This document shows, in pieces, positions 47,815 through 56,701 of a DNA stretch of 64,000 bases. The position numbers and the translations under genes are program-made. The notes beneath the pieces were generated by a model. That model made no database searches. It was given only the letters and a program-made list of their open reading frames with translations, and was not told where the DNA came from. How positions within the stretch are numbered: position 1 is the stretch's first letter; each line of letters starts with the position of its first letter. Source of the stretch: Pseudobacteriovorax sp. (lineage in GTDB: Bacteria > Bdellovibrionota_B > Oligoflexia > Oligoflexales > Oligoflexaceae); contig JBNKNM010000001.1 in NCBI GenBank assembly GCA_050293845.1, forward strand, positions 32,001-96,000, given 5' to 3'.

Positions 47815-49466
47815 TATCCCGCCTTATAATTTGCATGAACCGTAAATTCAATGATCTTACCATCTGAACCAGGCTTAGTTCCTGACTGTTTTTCTTCTAT
47901 ATCTTTCAAAATAGCAACTTTACCCAAAGCTTCAATTATAGCTGATTGCGAAGAAAAATTATCTGTTTCTGCTTTAAGAATCAACGTACCTTCACCAGGA
48001 AAAGTGGTTTTGAATTCAAACAAAGTCACATCGATTTTGATGCTTTTCGGTAGTTGTGTTGATACTTCTTTAAGGATTCTTAAAGCTCCACTTTCCTTAT
48101 TTACAAGGCGAAATTCCTCAATAGCATTCTGCTTTTCTGCAATTTTTGACTTTAGCATGTTTTCGCTATCACGTCTTAGTTTGGTAAAGACAACATTAGA
48201 GCGATTCGCTCTTTTCCTTTGGTCGGGAAGGACCTTTACAAACTCCTTTTTATATTCCTCCGCAACTTTACTGATTTGGGTTTGATAAAAATAGTATTTA
48301 AACCCATAAGTCACTGCTAATATACCCATCAGAATTACAAATAATTTTAAGGCAAGGGTAGCGCCACGGAGCATGGATTCATAGTTTTGAACATAGGAAA
48401 ATTCTCCACGTCGGAGGTTAATTTGCGAGTGCTTTTTCACATTAGTGACAGCTCGCAATCCTATAGCTAAACTTTGCAGTAGGATTTCCTGACGACCCTC
48501 GAGTTCAGGATTAACAATTAAATCCGTATTAGCTAGCGAAAATCGTTCTACATGAACCTCTAATTGCTCCGCCAGAAAGCGATCAAAATTGGTAAGCCTG
48601 GAGGTGCCACCCGAAACTATAATTTTGGTAAGTGGTTGTTTGTCCCAATTCTTATAAGCATAGAAAGTCCTCCCTAGTTCTTTAACAATCGCATTAGAAG
48701 CTAGAGTGGTTCTTTCAGCTACAATTCTATCCTCAGCACTGAGAGAGTCACCCACATCCTCAGAGTACAAGACTCTACTGACCCGGTGCTTTGCCCTTTG
48801 CGCATCATGAAATGATGTTTCCAAGTCTCGCGCTAAGAAATCGGTTATGTAACGCCCTCCCAGATTGATGGAGCGAAACATTTTCAAAATCCCGTTTTGA
48901 ATGATGCAAACAGATGTTTTTTCATTTCCGACATCGACCAAAGCATAGCATTCATCATCGGCAACTTTAATATTTGAGCTTAAGTTGTAAAAGGCTAGAC
49001 TATCGACATCAATTAACTTGGGATCAATATTGATACGACTTAGCAAGTCTAAAAAATTTTTTAAGAAAGCTTTCCGGGTCATTACCGCTAGAGCTAACGT
49101 TTTCCCAGACGAATGCCCTAAAATTTGATGATCTAATATCATATCATCCATATTAAAGGGTACATAATCTTCTATCTCTACGCCGATTGTCGCACTTATT
49201 TTTCGAGGATCGGCAAAGGGAAACGGCAGTACCCGAGATGAGATAAATTGCCCTGGCATAGCTGTGATGATGCGGTCTGCCTGTAAGTTATACTCCGTAA
49301 ACAATTGCTCCATACACACAGGAACAATGGCATCAAGAGGAACTCCTTCCAGGTTTGGAATCACTGTTTCATAAAAATTTAAGATCTCGTATGACTTAAA
49401 CGTATTAACAATTTCCACTGCTTTTATGGAATAACTACCAATATCTAATCCGATAACCTTTTGCAT
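47814..49466 (-). CDS. gspL: Type II secretion system protein L (PilM-like actin fold fused to PilN-like part)
   Basis: IGLDIGSYSIKAV, LVDVGNEKT, GGRYIT, VSGGTS, INLRRGEF, then TM and periplasmic domain. Confidence 0.85.
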   Translation of the reverse strand: MQKVIGLDIGSYSIKAVEIVNTFKSYEILNFYETVIPNLEGVPLDAIVPVCMEQLFTEYNLQADRIITAMPGQFISSRVLPFPFADPRKISATIGVEIEDYVPFNMDDMILDHQILGHSSGKTLALAVMTRKAFLKNFLDLLSRINIDPKLIDVDSLAFYNLSSNIKVADDECYALVDVGNEKTSVCIIQNGILKMFRSINLGGRYITDFLARDLETSFHDAQRAKHRVSRVLYSEDVGDSLSAEDRIVAERTTLASNAIVKELGRTFYAYKNWDKQPLTKIIVSGGTSRLTNFDRFLAEQLEVHVERFSLANTDLIVNPELEGRQEILLQSLAIGLRAVTNVKKHSQINLRRGEFSYVQNYESMLRGATLALKLFVILMGILAVTYGFKYYFYQTQISKVAEEYKKEFVKVLPDQRKRANRSNVVFTKLRRDSENMLKSKIAEKQNAIEEFRLVNKESGALRILKEVSTQLPKSIKIDVTLFEFKTTFPGEGTLILKAETDNFSSQSAIIEALGKVAILKDIEEKQSGTKPGSDGKIIEFTVHANYKAG

Positions 49467-49510
49467 GGAGAGCCTATCCCCTTAAAATACCAATCAATGC
49501 TTCTATCATT

Positions 49511-50722
49511 TTATAACATTTTCCAATAAAGGTACTTATATGTACCTTTAAACTCATCTTTTAGGTCAATCTCGTCAGGGACTCCCCGTTGTAAAACCAT
49601 AGACAGTTTTCGTGTTTGATCTTCTACCAAAGCTTCTACGTTTACCCTAAAAATATCCGTGCGATAAGTAAATTGCTTTGCAAGTTTTTCATCAGCTGAG
49701 CAGTATTCACGACTCAGTCTGTTTTTAGTTTCTTCATAGTTCGCTATTGGTCCATTATCTTCTCTATTATTATATGATTTGGTAGAGGACTCCGGGCATT
49801 CCCGGATTGACCGAGGTAATAAACACCCCAAAAGCTCTCGGCTCACGGAATTGAAATTAACGAAAAGCCGAGACTCTTGAACATCTGTCGGTGGATTAGG
49901 GAATACTGTAAGGTAAGGCGAAAATATCTTATGCATGTCAGCATCCCAGCCAGGAATCAAACGTAATTCTTCGATGGAATCGAATCGCGCATTTTTAGGC
50001 CCTAGGCCCTCTTTATCTATATTTTCGTATGGATCTTCTTCTGAGCTGTAATTAGCACCTGTTATGGGGCGGTTATCTTGATCGACATAGTCTCGCACCA
50101 TCATAATAAGATCTTTGGCAATAATTTTTTTCCTTTCAAGATACTCCCTTTCCGCAGGACAGCTTAGTAGGGCTTCCAGCATCTCCATGCATTTTTGTCC
50201 CCGACCGACAGCACAAAAATTGATATTAATCTTTGCACTTTCATCTTCTACATTAAGAATAAAGGACCCACCCAGTTCTTTTAGCTGGTCCAAAACCTTG
50301 CTATCTGCAATCGAACTCAATTTAAAGTTTTCCTGAAAGGTGGAAAGTAATTCTAATGTGTCCCCACCAATGGGAAGACCATTAATTTGACTCCAGATTG
50401 GTGGTATCGGAGTACCTGGAGCGAGTTCAAAAACGGTAAGCTCCAAAGCCAAGTCAGAAGTAATTAAAAAAGCACCAAGGTTAGCCCCACTTTTCGCTAC
50501 ATATTCCCCTTTAGTATTAAGGTGATTACCCAAAGCGAGGCGTAAAGCTACAGCTGAGGATAATTTGAGTTCCGTCAGAAAAAGCATGACCATAGCCGTC
50601 ACGAGCAAGGCTACCAGCATGGCCACACCACGGTTTGAATTGCATTCCTGACCTTGCTCTTCCGACTCCTCAATGGGAAAGCCAAAGTAAAATTTTACGT
50701 TTTTTTTCGACTTTCTGCCCAT
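49511..50722 (-). CDS. gspK: Type II secretion minor pseudopilin K
   Basis: RGVAMLVAL, VEDESAKININ, DYVDQD, KNARFDSIEELRLIPG, PYLTVF. Confidence 0.88.
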   Translation of the reverse strand: MGRKSKKNVKFYFGFPIEESEEQGQECNSNRGVAMLVALLVTAMVMLFLTELKLSSAVALRLALGNHLNTKGEYVAKSGANLGAFLITSDLALELTVFELAPGTPIPPIWSQINGLPIGGDTLELLSTFQENFKLSSIADSKVLDQLKELGGSFILNVEDESAKININFCAVGRGQKCMEMLEALLSCPAEREYLERKKIIAKDLIMMVRDYVDQDNRPITGANYSSEEDPYENIDKEGLGPKNARFDSIEELRLIPGWDADMHKIFSPYLTVFPNPPTDVQESRLFVNFNSVSRELLGCLLPRSIRECPESSTKSYNNREDNGPIANYEETKNRLSREYCSADEKLAKQFTYRTDIFRVNVEALVEDQTRKLSMVLQRGVPDEIDLKDEFKGTYKYLYWKML

Positions 50723-50723
50723 A

Positions 50724-51488
50724 CTAATCCTTAAAATACTTAGGCGACGAATTCCGCGTTTTGGGCTCTTTCATACCCCACGACCTTGGTAAATATACTA
50801 TGGTACGTAACTTGTTAGTAGGTATTGGCTCGGAATCGTTAAATGTCTCCCCCTCAGGAATGTCCATGGCATAGCCTTCAATTTTTATTTTAACCATTTG
50901 GGGAAGTATATCTCGGAAGTCACTTTTATTGCTGTTCCAATCTTCCGTCCAGCTATCGCCATTCCAAGCCTCTAATTTTAATGATTTGATATTTCTTGCC
51001 AGCAGGTTCATAGGTATATCGTTTTCAAAGTCTTCTGGAATAATTTTAGTTTCCCCCCGAAAAAGATGGCTAACTCCAAAATCATCTTTTTCAACACGAT
51101 AGACCACAAAGCTCTGGTCGGATTCGGCACTGGTGGCCACCAATGGCCTATGGTTCATGGTCGTAAACCGCAACTCCCCGCTGCCATGCTTCTCATCTAA
51201 GGAAAAATAGGTTTTGTATCGCCGTTCAGTATAGAAGTTTTCTCCGCGACGTCGATTGACAAGATAAGCATGTTCCAAGTCAGCCGTCAGTTTTTGAATC
51301 ACCACATCCATGGAATGATTGATACGTGCTTGCTCCGAGAGCGCCACCTGGATATCGACTCCATTCCGGATCATTTGGGCTGAAGCCACAGTCAATACTA
51401 ACAGGATCATCACAGCAAATATAACTTCAAGGAGGGATAGTCCTTCTTGTTTCTTTAAGCTATATATTCTCGTATCGTCAATCAGCAC
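50724..51488 (-). CDS. gspJ: Type II secretion minor pseudopilin J
   Basis: Type III signal G-LSLLEV, DLEHAY, W.EDWNS, LPQMVKI. Confidence 0.82.
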   Translation of the reverse strand: MLIDDTRIYSLKKQEGLSLLEVIFAVMILLVLTVASAQMIRNGVDIQVALSEQARINHSMDVVIQKLTADLEHAYLVNRRRGENFYTERRYKTYFSLDEKHGSGELRFTTMNHRPLVATSAESDQSFVVYRVEKDDFGVSHLFRGETKIIPEDFENDIPMNLLARNIKSLKLEAWNGDSWTEDWNSNKSDFRDILPQMVKIKIEGYAMDIPEGETFNDSEPIPTNKLRTIVYLPRSWGMKEPKTRNSSPKYFKD

Positions 51489-51590
51489 GTAAATTCCCTA
51501 ACTATAAAAACCCCATGAGCGATCTTGCTCCCCCACGGCAGCATTCTTGCGTGAAGAATTCATCCACACTTGTATCTTACGGACCTTGCT

Positions 51591-52271
51591 TTATCTTGGG
51601 TCCTTTATCTTATCTTTTTTCTTTTTGTCAGCTGGTGGTTTTCCCACGATATCTTCTTCCACTTTTTTGAGTAATTTGCTCATCACATTCTTCTTGGCAC
51701 CTATGTAATTATCCAGGGCCATCTGATTTGTAAGCAGCAAACTCAAGGTCACACTGTCCTGGCGAGCACCTTCTGGCCAGAACACCTCAACTTTGGCGAT
51801 TTTGAGCATATGACCATCAAATATACTCTCGATGGCCTTCTCAATACCAGGAATCCCAGCAAGTATGCCGCCTCCACCCTCGCTATCCCCATCTTCCCCG
51901 TCTTCAGCAGAAGCCCCTTCCCCTAGGAGTAAATCAAAAAGGGGGAGTTTCCACTCCTGAATGTCTAACTTGTAAGTATAATCAAAGTCTTCATCCCGTT
52001 CTTCAATAGGATAATCCTCTACTTTATTCAGGCCACGCTCCAGCTCCTTAAAGGGGTAATGGTGCCAATTGTATTCCACCTGGGACATGATACTTTTAGC
52101 CAGCCAAGTAGCTTCGGTCACACGGTGCATATAGGTGGACCCATTAATGATGGCTCCTTGGGTCCCCACGGACTCGATAATCACCGGGAGCATGATAGCC
52201 AAAGCAATAAGAGTTTCCACTATGGTAAAGCTCGCCTCTTGAGGCTTTCTATTTACGCTTTTGATCTTCAA
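51591..52271 (-). CDS. gspI: Type II secretion minor pseudopilin I
   Basis: S-FTIVETLIALAI pilin-like N-terminus, AT.LAKS.M, V.V.W. Lies between gspH and gspJ. Confidence 0.75.
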   Translation of the reverse strand: MKIKSVNRKPQEASFTIVETLIALAIMLPVIIESVGTQGAIINGSTYMHRVTEATWLAKSIMSQVEYNWHHYPFKELERGLNKVEDYPIEERDEDFDYTYKLDIQEWKLPLFDLLLGEGASAEDGEDGDSEGGGGILAGIPGIEKAIESIFDGHMLKIAKVEVFWPEGARQDSVTLSLLLTNQMALDNYIGAKKNVMSKLLKKVEEDIVGKPPADKKKKDKIKDPR

Positions 52272-53037
52272 AGATATTAACCTCTTTATAACCCGACTCT
52301 ACTGACGCAACACCTTCGTATGGTTTGGTTGTTATAGTATACGGAACTTCATTTGGATCAATTTCGTATTCACCAAGCTTTCCAGTAACATGAATCACAG
52401 CCCTTTCTACGTATCCATGGGGAAAAAAATAGAGATAGCCACGAGCTTGATCCTGATACTCCTCTAAGCGAATCAGCCGAGAATGATGCTCCGCTTGCAT
52501 ATCTTGCACGACAAAGTAAGGACCGAGCGTCCTGCCCCGGAACTCTGGATCGTCAATTTTAGTCCACTCAATAGGCTTAAGTTTTTCGAAGTTTTTTACA
52601 AGGGGTGATGTGGGAGGGATCATGCGGTCGTTTTCATCATCATGAACCTCTACACCAGCTAAGTCCTTATATTCCTCGAGCAGCTCATCGAACTCAGCCT
52701 GTCGCTCTGCAATCTCTTCCTCAGAAAGCTCGCGCTCTAATGATTCTGCCTCAACAAACACATCGGTTCTGTCCGTTGTCTCAACCCAATAATCTCCAGA
52801 GTTGAATGCAAATACCATCCTATAAGGTTTTTTATTCAGAACTGCTAGGTCAAAAACGCCCCGAATATCACCAGACAAAGTACTTATCTTGGATGCCGAC
52901 TCGGTCATTCCAATAATACCAATATTGGGAAATACCATGACGAAAATCATCGATATTACAGCAATAACGATGATCACCTCAAGAAGGCTGAAGCCTAAAA
53001 GGCTATTATTTGTTGTAGCTCTGATACTACTTCTCAA
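52249..53037 (-). CDS. gspH: Type II secretion minor pseudopilin H
   Basis: G-FSLLEVIIVIAVI, LYFFPHG. Follows gspG. Confidence 0.8.
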   Translation of the reverse strand: MRSSIRATTNNSLLGFSLLEVIIVIAVISMIFVMVFPNIGIIGMTESASKISTLSGDIRGVFDLAVLNKKPYRMVFAFNSGDYWVETTDRTDVFVEAESLERELSEEEIAERQAEFDELLEEYKDLAGVEVHDDENDRMIPPTSPLVKNFEKLKPIEWTKIDDPEFRGRTLGPYFVVQDMQAEHHSRLIRLEEYQDQARGYLYFFPHGYVERAVIHVTGKLGEYEIDPNEVPYTITTKPYEGVASVESGYKEVNIFEDQKRK

Positions 53038-53133
53038 CAGGCACCTCTTACTCGTATTCCACCAAGGATTGTGCCCAATAGACGATGAGATCGGGGTAAG
53101 TTCAGGGCGAACCTGGCTAAAGGTGAGTGCAGA

Positions 53134-53622
53134 CTATTCTTCCGCACCCTCACCACCAGCCTCTTCAGGATAGGTCACATCGTCATCATTACCAAAGACT
53201 CCATCTGGACCCGGCGAGGTAATTTTGAAGTTTTTACCTTCTATGTCATATTGATACTTATTACCCCATGGGTCTTTGAGCTTACCCTCATCCGCATAAG
53301 GACCTCGCCACCGTGTTGCTCCTGATGTTGGCTTAGCCACTAGAGCATCTAAGCCCTGCTCCTGTGTGGGAAAGCGAAAATTGTGGACCCGGTACATTTG
53401 AAGCTGAGTGTCCAGCTGTCCCATACCAAGCCTGGCGGCATCACGCATCGCTTCTTCTTGGCTATCTGTCAAATTTGTAACAACTAGAGTCATAATTACC
53501 CCCATCAAGGCGATCACGATGAGGATCTCGATAATTGTCATACCAGACTCTCGGGCTGCTTCCTTGTCAAATGGGGCTTTTAATAGCTTTTTCAACATAG
53601 TCAATTTCATAAGGTTCCTCAT
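53134..53622 (-). CDS. gspG: Type II secretion major pseudopilin G
   Basis: G-MTIIEILIV, FPTQEQGLDALV, WRGPY, DPWGNKY, SPGPDG..G.DDD. Confidence 0.95.
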   Translation of the reverse strand: MRNLMKLTMLKKLLKAPFDKEAARESGMTIIEILIVIALMGVIMTLVVTNLTDSQEEAMRDAARLGMGQLDTQLQMYRVHNFRFPTQEQGLDALVAKPTSGATRWRGPYADEGKLKDPWGNKYQYDIEGKNFKITSPGPDGVFGNDDDVTYPEEAGGEGAEE

Positions 53623-53629
53623 TTAAAAA

Positions 53630-54859
53630 TCATCGCACTTGTCTCATAACTTGCATCATTGGCATTATCATAGCAAGAATAACTACCACAGCAATAACGA
53701 GTAAGCATAACATCATTATGGGCTCAATGAGAGAGATCATCTTTGAAATTCTCTGCTCAACTTCACTATCATATGCTCGGGATACATGGCCCAGCATCTG
53801 CTCCAATTCACCCGTTTTTTCCCCCGTTGCAATCATATGAGATACCAACCCCGGAAAAATACCACTACGACTGATACAAGCAGCTAAGCTATTTCCCTCT
53901 TGAACTTCAACCTTGGCTGTTTCAATGACTTCAGATAACAGTGAATTGTTAACAACATTTTTAGTGATATCGAGAGCGTTGATAATGGGAACTCCCGAAG
54001 ATAATAAGGTTGATAAGGTCTTAGTAAACCTTGAAACAGCTACCATAAGCGAAATTTTACCCACCAAGGGGAGCTTGATAAAAATGCGGTCCCAACTGCG
54101 CCTTCCCTTCTCACTGGAAACCCAAGTCCTAAAACTGAATACTGCTAAAAACAGCAACAAAGGAAACAGATACCAGTAGGATTGAACAATGCCAGAAAAA
54201 TCCATCAGAGCTTTAGTATACCAAGGAACTTCGATCCTCATATTCTCAAATACTTTTGCCAACTTAGGGACAATAACCACCAAAAGAAAGCCAACAATAG
54301 CTAGGGAAATTACGATCATAATCGCCGGGTAAAGCATAGCGTTAACCACTTTGCCTCGAATAGCGAGTTGATACTCCATAAAATCTGATAAGCGCTCTAA
54401 CACCGTTGAAAGGGTACCTGAGCTTTCTCCAGCCCGCACCATATTCACGTAAAGCTTGTTAAAAACCCCTGGGTACTGCGCTGAGGAATCGGCTAAGGAC
54501 TTACCTTCCGAAACGCTGTCTTTTACAGCAGATAAGGTTTTTCTTAAGGTGTCATTTTCAATCTGTGATACTAGAGCTTTCAGACTTTCGTCTAAGGGAA
54601 CGTGGGCGCCTTGTAGGGTGGCAAATTGTCGAACCATTACCGATAATTCAGCCAGGGACACCTTAGGTGCAAACAATGTAAAACTAAAAGATTTGGACGA
54701 ACTTGAAGAGGAAACACTTTCCTCTTTTATTTCTGCAACTATTATTTTCTGACGTTGTTTTAAGGCTTGCCGAGCAGCTCTTTCTGATTCGGCATCCACT
54801 TTTCCTTTTCGCGACGCTCCTGTGGCAGCGTCATAGCCTTTGTACGAGTAAAGTGGCAT
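53630..54859 (-). CDS. gspF: Type II secretion inner-membrane platform protein F
   Basis: RQFATL, VSEGKSLA, MVRAGESSGTL, AMLYP, GEKTGEL, LIEP. Confidence 0.95.
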   Translation of the reverse strand: MPLYSYKGYDAATGASRKGKVDAESERAARQALKQRQKIIVAEIKEESVSSSSSSKSFSFTLFAPKVSLAELSVMVRQFATLQGAHVPLDESLKALVSQIENDTLRKTLSAVKDSVSEGKSLADSSAQYPGVFNKLYVNMVRAGESSGTLSTVLERLSDFMEYQLAIRGKVVNAMLYPAIMIVISLAIVGFLLVVIVPKLAKVFENMRIEVPWYTKALMDFSGIVQSYWYLFPLLLFLAVFSFRTWVSSEKGRRSWDRIFIKLPLVGKISLMVAVSRFTKTLSTLLSSGVPIINALDITKNVVNNSLLSEVIETAKVEVQEGNSLAACISRSGIFPGLVSHMIATGEKTGELEQMLGHVSRAYDSEVEQRISKMISLIEPIMMLCLLVIAVVVILAMIMPMMQVMRQVR

Positions 54860-54862
54860 CGT

Positions 54863-56701
54863 CTAACCTTTCTCCAATGCTCCGTCCATCTCAATATCAT
54901 CCACTTGGGTTTTGCGTATGGCCTCTTCGAGAGATGTTCTTCCCTGGATGACTTTAAGTAATGCTGAATCGCGCAACGTGGTCATGCCTTTTTCTACCGC
55001 AAGCTTCTTAATAGATTTCGCATCTTGGGTACGCAGTATCAGATTGCGAACCTCATCGTCAAACACTAATAGTTCATACACCCCTACCCGGCCTAGGTAA
55101 CCGATGCCAAAACACTTATCGCATCCTGGACCAGCTCGGTATATGGTCTTGCCTTTAATCTCTTGACGACTAACATTAAGAATATGAAGCTCCTCATCTG
55201 GGGGCTCATAAGCTTCTCGACAGTTGGTACAAAGCGTCCGCAACAACCTTGTAGCTACAATTCCCAGGACCGCCGAGGAAAGCTGGAACGGCTGAACTCC
55301 AAAATCCAAAAAGCGTGTTACTGTTGATGCTGTATCATTAGTATGGACAGTAGAAAGAACTAAATGCCCGGTAATGGACGCTTGTACGGCTATCTTAGCT
55401 GTTTCGGCGTCACGAATCTCACCAATCATAATAACATCAGGGTCTTGCCGCAAAATTGCCCGCAACCCGCTGGCAAAGGTCATACCCACCTTTTCTTTGA
55501 CTTCGATCTGGCCAATACCCGAGACCTGATATTCCACCGGATCTTCAATAGTCAGAATATTAATATCAGTGGTATTAATATGCATGAGCGAGGCATAGAG
55601 CAGTGTACTTTTACCAGATCCTGTGGGACCAGTTACCAGTATAATACCATGCTTCTGCTCCGCCAATTCACAAAAGTTATCGTACATGCGACGATCAAGA
55701 CCCATCTGATCGAGCCTCTTACCACCGGCTGACTTATCTAAGAGTCGCATGACGATTCGTTCCCCAAAACTCACAGGTAGCACGGATAACCGGACATCGA
55801 TGTCTTTACCAGCAACCTTGATAGAAATACGTCCGTCTTGTGGCACACGTTTTTCAGCAATATTGAGTTTACCGATAATTTTAACACGTGAGGCCAGACT
55901 ACCGGCGTGCCGCCGTGGAATCGAGGTTTTATCTTGTAGCATCCCATCGATCCTGAAGCGCACCAGCACTTCATTTTCAAGTGGTTCGATATGGATATCA
56001 GAGGCCCTTTCCTTTACCGCTCTGGCTAGAATACTATTAACTAGACGGATAATAGGTTTTTCGTCATCCGATGATTCCAATAGGTCTCGGGTTTCTTCTA
56101 GATCTTCATCAGCCCCTACTTCACCAAGGCTCAACTCATCGATCACCTTTTGGGAAGCATCATTCGCCCTTTCAAATACCCTGTTAATACTGTTCTCAAT
56201 GACAGCTGGTGGGCTCACAATCATATTGATATTAGTTGAAAGGATGAGTCGCAAATCATCTAAGGGGTATATATTAAGGGGATCGCTGACGACAACGGTC
56301 ACATTGAAATCATCTCGGGCAATGGGAAGAATTTTGTTATCGCGGCAGAATTGGATAGGAATGGCATCTACCAGTGCCGGATCTATGTCGTTAATAGGAA
56401 GCCGATCATAGTATGGTAAGTCTAGCTGTAAGGCCAAAGCTTTCAGCATTTCTTCTTCACTCACATATTCTTTTTCCACAAGAAGCTCGCCTAACTTCCG
56501 TGGATTATCTTCCGCATTTTGCAGGCTCAATGCCTCTGCGAGTTGTTTTTGGGAAATGCGGTCAGTTTCAACTAGTATCTGCCCCAAAGACTTATGCTGC
56601 AAACTCCTAAAGTCTACCGTCGGCAAACTCGACCACCGAGGCACTGCCACGTCGGCATCCATTTTTTCATCATTTTGCTCATCTTGACTCATACTTCTCA
56701 C
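54863..56701 (-). CDS. gspE: Type II secretion ATPase E
   Basis: ASDIHIEP, RFRIDG, PQDGR, GPTGSGKST, TIEDPVEY, LRQDPD, GHLVLSTVHTN, CxxC...CxxC. Confidence 0.96.
   Translation of the reverse strand: MRSMSQDEQNDEKMDADVAVPRWSSLPTVDFRSLQHKSLGQILVETDRISQKQLAEALSLQNAEDNPRKLGELLVEKEYVSEEEMLKALALQLDLPYYDRLPINDIDPALVDAIPIQFCRDNKILPIARDDFNVTVVVSDPLNIYPLDDLRLILSTNINMIVSPPAVIENSINRVFERANDASQKVIDELSLGEVGADEDLEETRDLLESSDDEKPIIRLVNSILARAVKERASDIHIEPLENEVLVRFRIDGMLQDKTSIPRRHAGSLASRVKIIGKLNIAEKRVPQDGRISIKVAGKDIDVRLSVLPVSFGERIVMRLLDKSAGGKRLDQMGLDRRMYDNFCELAEQKHGIILVTGPTGSGKSTLLYASLMHINTTDINILTIEDPVEYQVSGIGQIEVKEKVGMTFASGLRAILRQDPDVIMIGEIRDAETAKIAVQASITGHLVLSTVHTNDTASTVTRFLDFGVQPFQLSSAVLGIVATRLLRTLCTNCREAYEPPDEELHILNVSRQEIKGKTIYRAGPGCDKCFGIGYLGRVGVYELLVFDDEVRNLILRTQDAKSIKKLAVEKGMTTLRDSALLKVIQGRTSLEEAIRKTQVDDIEMDGALEKG

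Noticed and set aside
55749..56411. 220-aa + strand ORF
   Set aside because: Antisense shadow of gspE with Ser/Arg-rich composition and no motif. The same applies to the other short ORFs nested in or antisense to confident genes (e.g. 4685-5101, 46410-46784, 47851-48285, 56594-56986).
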